Source: an uncultured virus (IMG/VR IMGVR_UViG_3300013233_000702) (lineage: Duplodnaviria > Heunggongvirae > Uroviricota > Caudoviricetes). From it: a stretch of 64,000 nt of DNA. Below, piece by piece: positions 37,812 through 47,443 of this stretch (position 1 is the stretch's first letter; each line of letters begins with the position of its first letter). Below the pieces are notes generated by a model. It did no database searches. It was given only the letters and a program-made list of their open reading frames with translations, and was not told the origin of the DNA. A program made the translations under genes and the position numbers. The stretch lies in the IMG/VR virus record IMGVR_UViG_3300013233_000702; one strand, 5' to 3'.

Positions 37812-39755
37812 TCACTGGCCAAGCATCCCGAGGAGATCCTCCTCGGAGATGACCTGGACGCCGTACTTCATCGCCTTCCTGGCCTTGGAGCTGCCACTAC
37901 CGGGATCCGCAGCCACCAGGAAGTCCAAGTCCTTCGAAACCCTCGAGGCAGGGACCCCGCCTGCTGCGGCGATCATCGCCTCGATCTCCCTGCGCGGCCT
38001 GCTCATTGCCCCGGTGAGGCAGAAGGACTTGCCGCCGAGCGCACCGGCGGGTTGCTGTTCCCCCGTGCTGGGCGGACGGACTCCCGCCTCGAGCAGCTCC
38101 CGGATCCTCGGGCCGAGCTCAAGGAGCGAGGCATGCACCGCCTCAGCCTTCCTGTGGCCGATCCCCTCCAGGGTCTCCAGGTCCTCCACCCCGGCGTTCA
38201 GGATCCACTCCAGCTGCTCCGTCGGATCGACCGTTCCGGCGGCAGCGAGCTGGTCGACGAGCTTCTTGGCCTGACGCCGGCCAAGGAAGGTAACTCCGAC
38301 CGAGCCAAGCAGGTCCGGTACGGAGCAGGTCTTCGAGGCCTCGATCTGCTCCATGATGCGGGTTGCGTTCGATCCCACCGTGCCGGATCCGAGGCTGACT
38401 CCGGACAGGAACTCCTCTGTCAGGCGGTAGAGGTCCGCCGGACGCCTGATCCGGCAGTCCGTGAAGAGCTTCCTCAGGAGGGTATCGCCGAGGTAGAGGA
38501 TGTTGCGCTTCACCACCCAGGAGTTCAGGAGACGGTACTGTCGCTCCGTGCAGTCTGCGTTCCTGCAGAAAAGGTTCGCGCCCTCCTCCGTGAGGACCGA
38601 GCCGCACGACGGACAGCTGTCGGGCGGGACGACCGGCGTACGGGAGACGGCCTCCTCGGTCACCCCGACCACCTTCGGAATGACGTCCCCGGCGCGGACC
38701 ACGTGGACGAGGTCGCCGACCGCGAGGCCCAGGCGCTCGATCTCGCCATAGTTGTTCAGGAGAGCCGAGGTTACGGTCACGCCACCGATCTGGACCGGCG
38801 CGAGGTCGGCCGTCGGCACGATCTGCCCGGTGTGGCCGACGGTGACCTTGACGCCCAGGAGCTCGGTGTCCGCCCCCATGGCCCGGAACTTGTAGGCCAC
38901 GGCGCCCTTCGGCCTCCCGTGCCGCTCCCCCATGGCGAGGAACCTGGCCTCTTCGTCGATCCTGACGACGAGCCCGTCGATCTCGAACGGGAGCGAGTCC
39001 CTGGTGTTCTGATGCTCCTCGTGCACCGCGTCGACCTGCTCCGAGGTGTCCAGGACCCGGAACCAGACGGCGTCGAAGCCGAGCTCGGCGATGCACTCCA
39101 GCCTCTCGCGGTGGGTCGCGAACTGCCTGTCGCCGGAGATCAGGTCGTAGGCAATGAACGAGATATGCTCCGCCCCGGTCCCGTCGCTCCTGCGGACGGT
39201 CCCATTGGCCGCGTTCCGGGGGTTCGAGGCGTCGGCAAAGTGCTCCCTGAAGTCCTCCAGGAGCAACAGGGCCTCTCCCCGGACCGATCCGGAGAATCCG
39301 GGAACGTGCTCGGGCACTCCCTTGAAGCGGCGGGCGTTCCTGGTGACGTCCTCGCCGACGTGCCCGTCACCGCGCGTGATCGCCTGCTTGAGCCTTCCGT
39401 CCTCGTAGAGGAGCTCGATCGAGCTGCCGTCGAGCTTGTGCATGACGATGACCCGTCCCCCTCCGTGCTTTGCGTGCCATTCCTTGTAGGAGGGGTTCGC
39501 CTTGTCTCCGTTCCTCGTTGCGTTGGAGAGCGAACCCATCGGGATGGCATGCTCCGCCTTCTGGAGGTGTCCAGCTTCCGGCGGCGGCGCCCCGACCCTC
39601 TTCAGGACCTCGTTTCCGGGGTCGATCCTGCGCAGTTCGTCGACCAGCCTGTCGAAGTCCTCGTCAGGCATGAGCGGTTCGGCGTTGTAGTAGGCGTCCG
39701 CCGCGTTCCGGATCGCGTCCTCGAGACTGAGAATGTGGTCTGCTGTCCTGCTCAT
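37812..39755 (-). CDS. ligA: NAD-dependent DNA ligase
   Basis: AYYN; KLDG; TRGDG; RGEA; NPRNAANG; IDGLVV; AYKF; RAGDVIP; Zn finger; HhH; BRCT. Confidence 0.96.
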   Translation of the reverse strand: MSRTADHILSLEDAIRNAADAYYNAEPLMPDEDFDRLVDELRRIDPGNEVLKRVGAPPPEAGHLQKAEHAIPMGSLSNATRNGDKANPSYKEWHAKHGGGRVIVMHKLDGSSIELLYEDGRLKQAITRGDGHVGEDVTRNARRFKGVPEHVPGFSGSVRGEALLLLEDFREHFADASNPRNAANGTVRRSDGTGAEHISFIAYDLISGDRQFATHRERLECIAELGFDAVWFRVLDTSEQVDAVHEEHQNTRDSLPFEIDGLVVRIDEEARFLAMGERHGRPKGAVAYKFRAMGADTELLGVKVTVGHTGQIVPTADLAPVQIGGVTVTSALLNNYGEIERLGLAVGDLVHVVRAGDVIPKVVGVTEEAVSRTPVVPPDSCPSCGSVLTEEGANLFCRNADCTERQYRLLNSWVVKRNILYLGDTLLRKLFTDCRIRRPADLYRLTEEFLSGVSLGSGTVGSNATRIMEQIEASKTCSVPDLLGSVGVTFLGRRQAKKLVDQLAAAGTVDPTEQLEWILNAGVEDLETLEGIGHRKAEAVHASLLELGPRIRELLEAGVRPPSTGEQQPAGALGGKSFCLTGAMSRPRREIEAMIAAAGGVPASRVSKDLDFLVAADPGSGSSKARKAMKYGVQVISEEDLLGMLGQ

Positions 39756-39797
39756 GTATTCTCCTTTCAATTAGGGGCTTAAGCTGCGCGGTGCGCC

Positions 39798-40220
39798 CTA
39801 CACGACCCTTCCACTCATCGCGTGGACGTTCCGTAGCGGGGAACGCGACGGCGTGCGGTCCCAGGAGCCATACCTTTCGATGACGAAGCCGCTCCCGACC
39901 CCGTCCACGGCCTCCCTGCGGTCGGTGCCGAATCCGGCGACGGCCCCGTCCCTGAACACGACGGCGACGGGGTTCTCCCTGAGCAGGCAGAACACGGCGA
40001 GAGGCTTGAAGCCGGACCTCGGAAGCATGACACTCGCGACCGCGCCCGAGTTCCAGTTCGTCCCGCGCCTGATCCCGACGGTCCCTCCGAGGTATTCCTC
40101 GACGAGGGCTGCTCCCTCTTCCGTGAGGTCGAGAAGGATCCTTGTTCCGGTGCTGTCCGCCTCTCCGGTGAGGTAGCGGATACCGAAGTGCTCCAGATCG
40201 AGCCAGTTCCGAACGATCAT
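39798..40220 (-). CDS. conserved phage protein
   Basis: GIRYLTGEAD...LLDLTEEG...NWNSG...RNVHAMSGR. Confidence 0.75.
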   Translation of the reverse strand: MIVRNWLDLEHFGIRYLTGEADSTGTRILLDLTEEGAALVEEYLGGTVGIRRGTNWNSGAVASVMLPRSGFKPLAVFCLLRENPVAVVFRDGAVAGFGTDRREAVDGVGSGFVIERYGSWDRTPSRSPLRNVHAMSGRVV

Positions 40221-40403
40221 GTGTTGTCTCCTTTTTCTATTCTTCCACCTTTCGCGATGTCCCGAATCCTCCGCCGAAATCTGGCCGCGGCTTCCCGCCT
40301 TGAAAGGCCGTAGTACGTCCTTCGGACAAGGTAGCTGTCCACGATGTCCGAAACGTGGACGGCTCCCGTAACTCGGTTGCGTTCGATTAACAAAGCGAGC
40401 CTC

Positions 40404-40820
40404 CTAGGAAAGGTCCAGTCGCCTGACCTGGACGTCCGCACTGAGCTTCTCTAGCCTCTTGACCTCCTCGGTGAGGTCAAAGAGCCTGGCTTTGAGCTTG
40501 ACGTAGTCCTCCTCCATCGCGGCTCTCTTGTCGGCCTCGAGCTTGGCCTTGCGCCGGTGCCCATCCACCCTTTCTGCCTTCTTGCGGAGGGACTTCATCT
40601 CCTGCCTATCGGAGCGTGCCGACTCCTTTGCCGTCTCGAGCAGCAGGTCCACGGCCGGGGTGTGACCGAACCTGGCCAGCTGCCACTTGATGGCCGAGAG
40701 GTAGTCCGTCAGGTCTCCGGGCCCGTGCCCGTAGCTTGACTCCCTCTGCACGTGCGCGCCGAGGTCGACCATGCCGTCGAACGTCCGGCCGCATGAGCAG
40801 ACGTACAGTCTCTCCTTCAT
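40404..40820 (-). CDS. C2H2-like finger plus coiled-coil protein
   Basis: YVCSCGRTF...LGAH; GAGG RBS. Confidence 0.65.
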   Translation of the reverse strand: MKERLYVCSCGRTFDGMVDLGAHVQRESSYGHGPGDLTDYLSAIKWQLARFGHTPAVDLLLETAKESARSDRQEMKSLRKKAERVDGHRRKAKLEADKRAAMEEDYVKLKARLFDLTEEVKRLEKLSADVQVRRLDLS

Positions 40821-40831
40821 CGTCGGCCCTC

Positions 40832-41734
40832 CTACTCCAGGTCTAGCTTGCGCTTGCCGACGCCCTCGAGGAGGCCCTGGAAGCGTCCCGCGAGCTCCTC
40901 CGCGCCTCCGTTGAGGACCTCGGCGTAGGCGCCGATCCTCTGCTTGATGCTCTGGATCCTGTTGTGGAGGTTGGTCTCCCAACGCTCTCCCCGCTGGAGG
41001 TCTCCCGAGAGGACGCGGTCGATCTCGGCAGCGAGGGATGCGAAGCTCTGCTCGGCCTCCCTGGTCAGGGCCTCCTTGACCGCGTCCTTGCTCTGCTGGA
41101 CATGGGGGAGAGGAAGCGTGGAGAGCGTGCAACCCGTGCCGATCCTGTCCGTGAGGTCCCGGATCCTGTCGAGGACGTGCCGGAAGGTGGCCGGGACGAA
41201 GTAGACGCAGCCCTGCTCACGCATCTGGACGATGTCCGCCTCGGACTTGAGGATGCGCTGGATCAGGCGGGTGACGTCTCCGGACCGGAAGCGAAGCTTC
41301 TCCCTGGCATAATGGGCGACAAGAGCCTCCTTGATGGCCGGGTCACAGCGCGTGACGCACGCACCGAAGTCGGAGCCGGTCCGGAAGACCTCCTTGCTGA
41401 TGACGACCTTGGTCTCGCGGACATAGTCGAGCGCGGCCTCGTCTCCGGTGCCGGTGATGATCTCTGCGGTGAACTGGTAGACGAGTTGATCCTTGTCCTC
41501 GAGGACCTTTCTGATGATTCGCTTCTGCTCCATGTTTCGGAAGGCACGGATGACCGCACTACGGTAGTTGTGCTCCCGCACGAAACCGGGCTGGAGACCG
41601 GACTCCCTGAGCCACTGCTCGAGATCATGAAGGCCGACGTCCACGTTGCGCACGTTCCACCACGTGACGTACCCAAGGATGCTGAACCTCGTCGTTCCCT
41701 CGGAGTATTCCGTAAGCATGCTTCTCTCGCTCAT
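40832..41734 (-). CDS. DUF6744/DUF3150-like protein
   Basis: LGYVTWWNV...GCVYFVP; AGGAGG RBS; promoter-like motif upstream. Confidence 0.65.
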   Translation of the reverse strand: MSERSMLTEYSEGTTRFSILGYVTWWNVRNVDVGLHDLEQWLRESGLQPGFVREHNYRSAVIRAFRNMEQKRIIRKVLEDKDQLVYQFTAEIITGTGDEAALDYVRETKVVISKEVFRTGSDFGACVTRCDPAIKEALVAHYAREKLRFRSGDVTRLIQRILKSEADIVQMREQGCVYFVPATFRHVLDRIRDLTDRIGTGCTLSTLPLPHVQQSKDAVKEALTREAEQSFASLAAEIDRVLSGDLQRGERWETNLHNRIQSIKQRIGAYAEVLNGGAEELAGRFQGLLEGVGKRKLDLE

Positions 41735-41845
41735 CCTGCTCCTCCTTTCCGGGCGCGGCCCCGTGCCGCCCCGCCGTCCCCGTGGCGGCGCGCTCGGTCC
41801 CGCGCAAGATCCCCCAAGACATGGCCAGTCCACTCCTAACCACTC

Positions 41846-42226
41846 CTATAGCCGTTCCCAGTTCCTGCGCATCCGGTCGACGGTGAACTGCGGCACTCCG
41901 TGGACGCTCTTCCAGTTCCCCTTCGCCTCCACGATCCGCAGCCCGCATCCGTGCCTCCGGGCCATCTCGACGTATGGCCTGATCTCCCGCTTCCGGACGA
42001 AGGTATTGGCGACGACCACGTCGCGCCCCTCACTGAGGAGCTTCTCGGTCCTCCTCCTGCACCATGCGTGGGCCGCTCCGATTCGGGAGGGAACAAAGAC
42101 ATACCGACCGTTCCGGACCATATACAGGTCGGCCTCCACCAGCTCGTGGCCGGGGAAGTCGCGCTCCGCCATGGTGGTCTTTCCGCTTCCGGGCAGGCCT
42201 CTAATCAGGACAAGTTCAGCCATCAT
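41846..42226 (-). CDS. P-loop kinase (AAA_33/PNK-like)
   Basis: IRGLPGSGKTT; EAD; VVVANTF; SVHGVP. Confidence 0.85.
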   Translation of the reverse strand: MMAELVLIRGLPGSGKTTMAERDFPGHELVEADLYMVRNGRYVFVPSRIGAAHAWCRRRTEKLLSEGRDVVVANTFVRKREIRPYVEMARRHGCGLRIVEAKGNWKSVHGVPQFTVDRMRRNWERL

Positions 42227-42969
42227 TCCTCCCGTGGATTGAGTCCGTCCGTGAACGCCAAGGCATGGCTGTAGAGGAGAGCGAGGATGCCCAGTGGCAC
42301 GATAAACCACGAGGCCTTCTGGGTCCACTTTCTGTGCCGGAAGGAATCGTCATGCCACCCGGCCTGACTGATGAAGCCAGTACTGTCCAGGTTCTTTGCT
42401 CCGACCGAGATATAGAGATCCATTCCGGAATAGTCGCCCTTCAGGGGCTTGCCGTCCTCATGGCACAGGAAGAATCTGGTCCGCTTGCCATCCGGCAGAG
42501 GAACTGCCCTGAGGGGCACGTCGTCCGGAGATCCAGTGGGGGCAATCTCCTTGCCGGTCCTTGCGCTCTCGAGAAATCTCTTGGTCGCCGAGACCTTGAT
42601 TGAGTCGTCAACGCCGGGAGCTTGACAGAGCTCCAGCTTATTGCCGACGACCCTCCATGCCCACCCGAGGCTGTCCTTGAACTTGGCGTCGTCGAAGCTC
42701 CTTGCCCTGTGGATCCGGTGCCTGTCCCCGGCTGCCCTGACGCCCGCATACTTATCGTCCACGTCAGCAAGACCGCTGGCAAGCCAGATCGCCGCAAGGC
42801 CGACCAGGAAGTTAGCCTTCGGACCGGTCACGTGCAGCTTGTAGAAGAGCCTGCTGGAGACCACGATTAGCCAACCGATGAACACGACCGCTAGGTAGGC
42901 GATGTACAGGAACACCGCCGTCTTGGCGAAGTCCAGGACTGACTCAGCTGCTCCCCTTTTCTCACTCAT
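42223..42969 (-). CDS. membrane protein
   Basis: Hydrophobic segments at both termini. Confidence 0.7.
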   Translation of the reverse strand: MSEKRGAAESVLDFAKTAVFLYIAYLAVVFIGWLIVVSSRLFYKLHVTGPKANFLVGLAAIWLASGLADVDDKYAGVRAAGDRHRIHRARSFDDAKFKDSLGWAWRVVGNKLELCQAPGVDDSIKVSATKRFLESARTGKEIAPTGSPDDVPLRAVPLPDGKRTRFFLCHEDGKPLKGDYSGMDLYISVGAKNLDSTGFISQAGWHDDSFRHRKWTQKASWFIVPLGILALLYSHALAFTDGLNPREE

Positions 42970-43571
42970 CTTCCTCTCCTTTTCTCTGCGGCCATCTCCT
43001 CAGCCAAACGCCGTATCTCGGTCCAGCGGCTGTTCTCGACATGGACAAGCGCGACCCTGTCGTTCAGGTAAGCCGCAGCGCACGTCCTGTTGGTCCTTTT
43101 CCGGACGTACGCCAGGAGATGTCCCTTGCGGGCCACCGCCTCGAGGCAGATCCTCTCGGTCTGGTTCCGGACGTAGTGAAGCATCTCTGGGTTGAGCCGG
43201 ACCGCCTCGAGACACATCGCCTCGGTCTGGCGGTCGACGTAGCGGATGGCCTCAGGCCTGATCCGGACAGCCTCCAGGCACAGGCCGTGGTCCTGCCTCA
43301 CCTCGGCAATGGCCTTCGCGGTCTGCATGACCGCCATGAGGACGGTCGTGCGGTCGACCTCCCTCCTTATGAGGAAGATGGCCCTGCACGTGGTGTGCGC
43401 GGGGAGACAACAGGAGTGAATGTGTCTGAGGATTGGCTCGTCCTTCATTCTCGCATAGTTGCCGTTGGAGAGGCGTACCGCCTCAATGAGGCGCCGCAGC
43501 TGTCCTCCCTTCATCCTGGACAGCAGACGGTCCATGATGGCGACGTTCTGTTCCCTTCTCCCTGTTATCAT
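42966..43571 (-). CDS. DUF4116-like repeat protein
   Basis: RMKDEPIL leader; QTEAMCLEAV repeats. Confidence 0.8.
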   Translation of the reverse strand: MITGRREQNVAIMDRLLSRMKGGQLRRLIEAVRLSNGNYARMKDEPILRHIHSCCLPAHTTCRAIFLIRREVDRTTVLMAVMQTAKAIAEVRQDHGLCLEAVRIRPEAIRYVDRQTEAMCLEAVRLNPEMLHYVRNQTERICLEAVARKGHLLAYVRKRTNRTCAAAYLNDRVALVHVENSRWTEIRRLAEEMAAEKRRGR

Positions 43572-44124
43572 CGGCCTTCCTCCGTAACGCGAGGACGTCC
43601 AGGAACCTCTGCCTGGAGATCGCAACCGAGCCATCCTGCGCGGCCAGGCGCCTAATCTCGACGGTCTTGTCCCTGACGAACTCTATGCTGTGTGGCTGCT
43701 CCCGCACCGCAGCCAGACAGATCTCCTCGGTCTGCTCCTCTACGTCCCGGAGCGTCCAGCCGTTCTGGCGGACGGCTTCCAGGCACATTTCAGGAGTCTG
43801 CCTTCGCACGTAGCGGAGGGCCCATGGGGTGGCCCGGACCGCCTCCAGGCACGTCTCCGGATCCTGCTTGGCGTAGATGAGGGCCTTTGCGCTCTGCATC
43901 ACGGCCACCAGGACTAAGGTCCGGTCGACCGGTCCATCCAGCCCGTTGACGGCCGTGCAGATGGTCTTCCGTGGAATGCTGCCGTGGAACAGGTGCTTGA
44001 TGACTGTCGAGTCCTTCATCCGCCCGTAGTTGCTGTTCGCGTCCTTGATGGCCGCAATCAATTGCCGTAGGGGCTCTTCGCCGATCCTGTTCATTAGGTC
44101 GGATAGGATCCGTTCATGCCTCAT
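43483..44124 (-). CDS. DUF4116-like repeat protein
   Basis: RMKDSTVI leader; QTPEMCLEAVRQNGW repeats. Confidence 0.8.
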   Translation of the reverse strand: MRHERILSDLMNRIGEEPLRQLIAAIKDANSNYGRMKDSTVIKHLFHGSIPRKTICTAVNGLDGPVDRTLVLVAVMQSAKALIYAKQDPETCLEAVRATPWALRYVRRQTPEMCLEAVRQNGWTLRDVEEQTEEICLAAVREQPHSIEFVRDKTVEIRRLAAQDGSVAISRQRFLDVLALRRKADDNREKGTERRHHGPSAVQDEGRTAAAPH

Positions 44125-44803
44125 GTCCTGTCTCCTTTGCCGGCCCGTAGACGACGTCCCTGCCGTTGTCTCCGGATCTCCACTTGACCTTGACCATCTG
44201 GGCGTTCTTGACCGCCCTGTCCACGTCTCCCTTCAGGGTTCCCCTTCGGCGCTTGACCACGACGCCTTCGGACCACGGAAGGCGGATGCTCTCGTTGAAC
44301 AGGTCCATGAACCCTTCCCTTACGGTCCTTACTGCCTTGACCGGTCCGTCCAGACCAGCCTTCCGGATCAGGTCCCTTGTCCTGGTCCATCGCTCCCAGG
44401 CGGGGACCTGGCCCATCCAGTGGTCGTCCCGCCACAGGACGTCGAACAGGAAGAGGGTCTCTGGTAGCTCTCCCTTCGTTCTGCGGGCCATCCATTCTCC
44501 GAGAAGTATGCTGCGGTCCGGGAGGTCCAGGCTGGCCACCTGCTCGACGATCTCCTCGGAGGCGGGAACGTCCGTCGGTCCGCCCCTGCTGGCGTCCCGG
44601 CGGGTCACGAGGTACAGTCCGTCCCCGAGGTTCCGGTGCTGCCCGAACCTGCTGAGGGTCTCGCCCTGGCGGTCCTTGACGGCGTAGCAGGCGTAGCCGT
44701 CCACCTTGAGCTGGGCGAAGTGCGTTCCTTCGGCGTCGAGGCGTTCAAGGCTGGCCTTGACGTCGTTGAGGAGGTATGGCTTGTCCGCGTATCTGAAGAT
44801 CAT
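44114..44803 (-). CDS. ATP-dependent ligase/capping-superfamily nucleotidyltransferase (core domain only)
   Basis: QLKVDG; LLGEW; FLFDVL; EGVVVK; MVKVK. Confidence 0.8.
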   Translation of the reverse strand: MIFRYADKPYLLNDVKASLERLDAEGTHFAQLKVDGYACYAVKDRQGETLSRFGQHRNLGDGLYLVTRRDASRGGPTDVPASEEIVEQVASLDLPDRSILLGEWMARRTKGELPETLFLFDVLWRDDHWMGQVPAWERWTRTRDLIRKAGLDGPVKAVRTVREGFMDLFNESIRLPWSEGVVVKRRRGTLKGDVDRAVKNAQMVKVKWRSGDNGRDVVYGPAKETGHEA

Positions 44804-44877
44804 CGTCCCTTCCTCCGTGGATGGGTTTCCTTTCTGGAAAGGCCTTCAGTGGCCCGATCGCGCCTGGCACCAGATTC

Positions 44878-45600
44878 CTAATGTCCGACAGCGGCATCTC
44901 TCGCCATACGCTTCAGAAGACAGATACGACCTACAAAGGTATCCGTGTCACCATGCGTCTCGAATGCATTGCGAGCACTCGGCAGCAGGCTTCCCGCTTT
45001 TCCATCAAATTCGATCGTATTGAGGTGTTCATCACCTGTGTCAAGAGCAGTCTTGACTTGGCCGAGAAATTCCGGACTTGCGTTCCTGAATGATATTCCG
45101 GCAGTCTTGCCTACTGCCAAGTAGTATTCGTCGTGCGTTACCCTGCCGTTCAGGTAATCTTTTCTTGTAATCAAGCCCTCAGGCTCGCGGTGCCGAGATT
45201 TTGCCGATCCGTCAAGGGATTCTCCATCCGAGGATCCTACCGGATCATGAGCCCTTGCACTGTCAAGCATGTGCGCCCTTGCGTCCATTACCACGACGTA
45301 CGAAGGCGTCACCATGGCCGCTCCTCCGCCGAAGGCTCCTGGTTCCGGTTTGCTGCACGTGTGTGCCCACGAGAACACAAGCGGCTTGCTTCGGCCAGTC
45401 TCGACCAGCCAGTCCTTGAGAACGTAGAGCAGCTTGTCCAGGTCGGTCCCCTCGTCGCACCATGCGTGGACCCCTTCGTCGGTCTTCAGCAGGTCCAGCC
45501 CCTCGGGGGCCTCCTTCTTGAGGAGGGCGATGAGGTCCTCGGCCTCTGCGTCCGTACTGCACTCGATCAGTTCGGAGAACTGCGTGTAGTAGTTGGCCAT
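44878..45600 (-). CDS. conserved phage protein
   Basis: MANYYTQFS...SWAHTCSKP...FGGGA. Confidence 0.7.
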   Translation of the reverse strand: MANYYTQFSELIECSTDAEAEDLIALLKKEAPEGLDLLKTDEGVHAWCDEGTDLDKLLYVLKDWLVETGRSKPLVFSWAHTCSKPEPGAFGGGAAMVTPSYVVVMDARAHMLDSARAHDPVGSSDGESLDGSAKSRHREPEGLITRKDYLNGRVTHDEYYLAVGKTAGISFRNASPEFLGQVKTALDTGDEHLNTIEFDGKAGSLLPSARNAFETHGDTDTFVGRICLLKRMARDAAVGH

Positions 45601-45610
45601 CTTCTTTCTC

Positions 45611-46684
45611 CTAGACCCTGGCCCGTCTCTTGGGCACCAGACCGTGCTCGCTGAGGACTTCGGCGATCTCGCTGAAGGTCTCTGAGTTCCATGCCTTTTC
45701 GGGGTTCCAGAAGTCACCCTTCCTGTCGCAGTCGTAGTACAGCAGTCCCTGCACGTCCGAGACGACCTTGCGCAGCTCGTCCTCGGAGAGGTCTGCGGCG
45801 GAGCGGAATCCTGGTGTACTAGGCTTGTTCATCCTTTTTCCTCCTTCTCCATGCCCGGAACTCGTCCAGGCTCATTGGCCGTCCCAGCTCCTCTCCGTCG
45901 TGGGGCAGTTCGGTCTCGAGGAGCAGGGGGCCTCCGTGCTCGAGAGCCACGGCGAGCTTCCGCCGGACCTCGTCAAACGCTATCCTGCCGTACTTGGTCA
46001 GCCCGATCCGGTCGTCGCTCCTGACCAGGAACCCTGTGGAGACGTAGAAGCTGATCACCTGCTTCGCTATCAGGTGCAGGTTAACGCCGTCGACCGGTGC
46101 GTCGTGACGGACTGCGTCGACTATCCTGCGGACCACGTCGCCAAGCTGCTCGGTCTCCCTGATCCTGCTCAGGGGCCTCACGGAGAGGACCATCGAGGCG
46201 TTGATGGCGCGGTGCTCCTCGCTTTTCATTCCGCACCTCCCCTGCGGTCCTCTATGGTCAGGGAGCCTCCGTTCCCGAAGTCCACGCTGATGGTGCTGCC
46301 ATTTCCGTTCTGGACCAGCCTACCGGTCGGGTTCAGCTTGCCGTTCTCCGCGAGGATGGTGCGCATGAGGAACTCGTCCGGGTGCATGCTCTCGTGGTGG
46401 GCCTCGTCAGTCACCAGCATGGACTGCACGGTGCAGGGAAACACGTCGAGGTAGCTGATGAGCCCGTGCTCGACCTTGAGACAGACGGAGACGAGTCCGG
46501 TCTTCTCCTCGCGGAGGCCTATGCTGCCGAGCCTCCACGGGACGCCGTCGAGATACGAGCCTATGCAGGCCTGGACCCAGGGATGCAGGTCCTTTCCGTC
46601 GTGCTCGTGGAACTCCATCTTTCCGTCGCCGATGAGCTTTTCGAAGGCGTCGGAGTGCGGCCATGGTGCCGTGATTGTCTTCAT
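45611..46684 (-). CDS. three coupled hypothetical genes (45611-45832, 45819-46229, 46226-46684)
   Basis: Overlapping start/stop codons with RBSs. Confidence 0.65.
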
Positions 46685-46745
46685 TCTTGGTCTCCTGTGG
46701 ACGCCAGGGCGGCACCCTGGACTGCCGGGTACCGCCCTGCTGGCC

Positions 46746-47393
46746 CTAGCTGCGAAAGAAGGGGGTGGTCATCTTGACCAGCTTCTCACCCTCGGCCTGC
46801 TCGAACTTCTTGCGCAGTTCGGGATCGAAGCGCCGAGTCTCGTGCAGATAGGAGGTGGGCTTGTAGAACTGCTTGATGCTGAACAGCTCGAAGAACTTGG
46901 CCTCCTTGGTCTGCTGGTCATCGCCCCTCTTCGAGACGGCGTCCATGAGCTTCGGGATCAGCTCCTCGATCCGCTGCATCGCAAGGGGCGACAAGCCGAT
47001 CTCGGTGATCTGCGAGAAGCACTGGTCGAACTTGCCCCCGAAGATCGCCCGGAGCTTGTCCCCGGAGTCGGAGTCGATCGCCGAGTACTTGTTCTGCGTC
47101 ACGAGGGTGACGGGCGGCTCGTTTCCGGCCTGGACCTTCACGGCCGAGAAGTGCTTGCCCTCCCTGCGGCAGAGATCGTCCGCAGCGGAGATGGCTGCGG
47201 GCTTGAGCACCTCCTCTGCCTGCTTGCGGCGGGTGTTGGCGTCGACCTCGGCGGTCTTTGCGCTCCGCCAGTCCTTGTGGGCCTTCACCAGCTCCTCGTC
47301 CTCCCCCAGCTTGATCACGGGGGTGTTGCTCTTGCTCTTCGCCGGCTTGACGTTCTGCTTCGCACCGCGCTTGAGCAGGTCGTTGATCCCCAT
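46746..47393 (-). CDS. hypothetical protein
   Basis: GGAGGAG RBS; 215 aa. Confidence 0.75.
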   Translation of the reverse strand: MGINDLLKRGAKQNVKPAKSKSNTPVIKLGEDEELVKAHKDWRSAKTAEVDANTRRKQAEEVLKPAAISAADDLCRREGKHFSAVKVQAGNEPPVTLVTQNKYSAIDSDSGDKLRAIFGGKFDQCFSQITEIGLSPLAMQRIEELIPKLMDAVSKRGDDQQTKEAKFFELFSIKQFYKPTSYLHETRRFDPELRKKFEQAEGEKLVKMTTPFFRS

Positions 47394-47443
47394 AGTCCAT
47401 TCTCCTCCCTTGAAATGGCGGCCCTCTTGGCCGCGCCCTTGTA

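Noticed and set aside
37548..39782. Long antisense or alternate-frame ORFs (e.g. 744 aa opposite ligA, 19938-21017, 21684-23078)
   Set aside because: GC-rich shadow frames of well-supported genes
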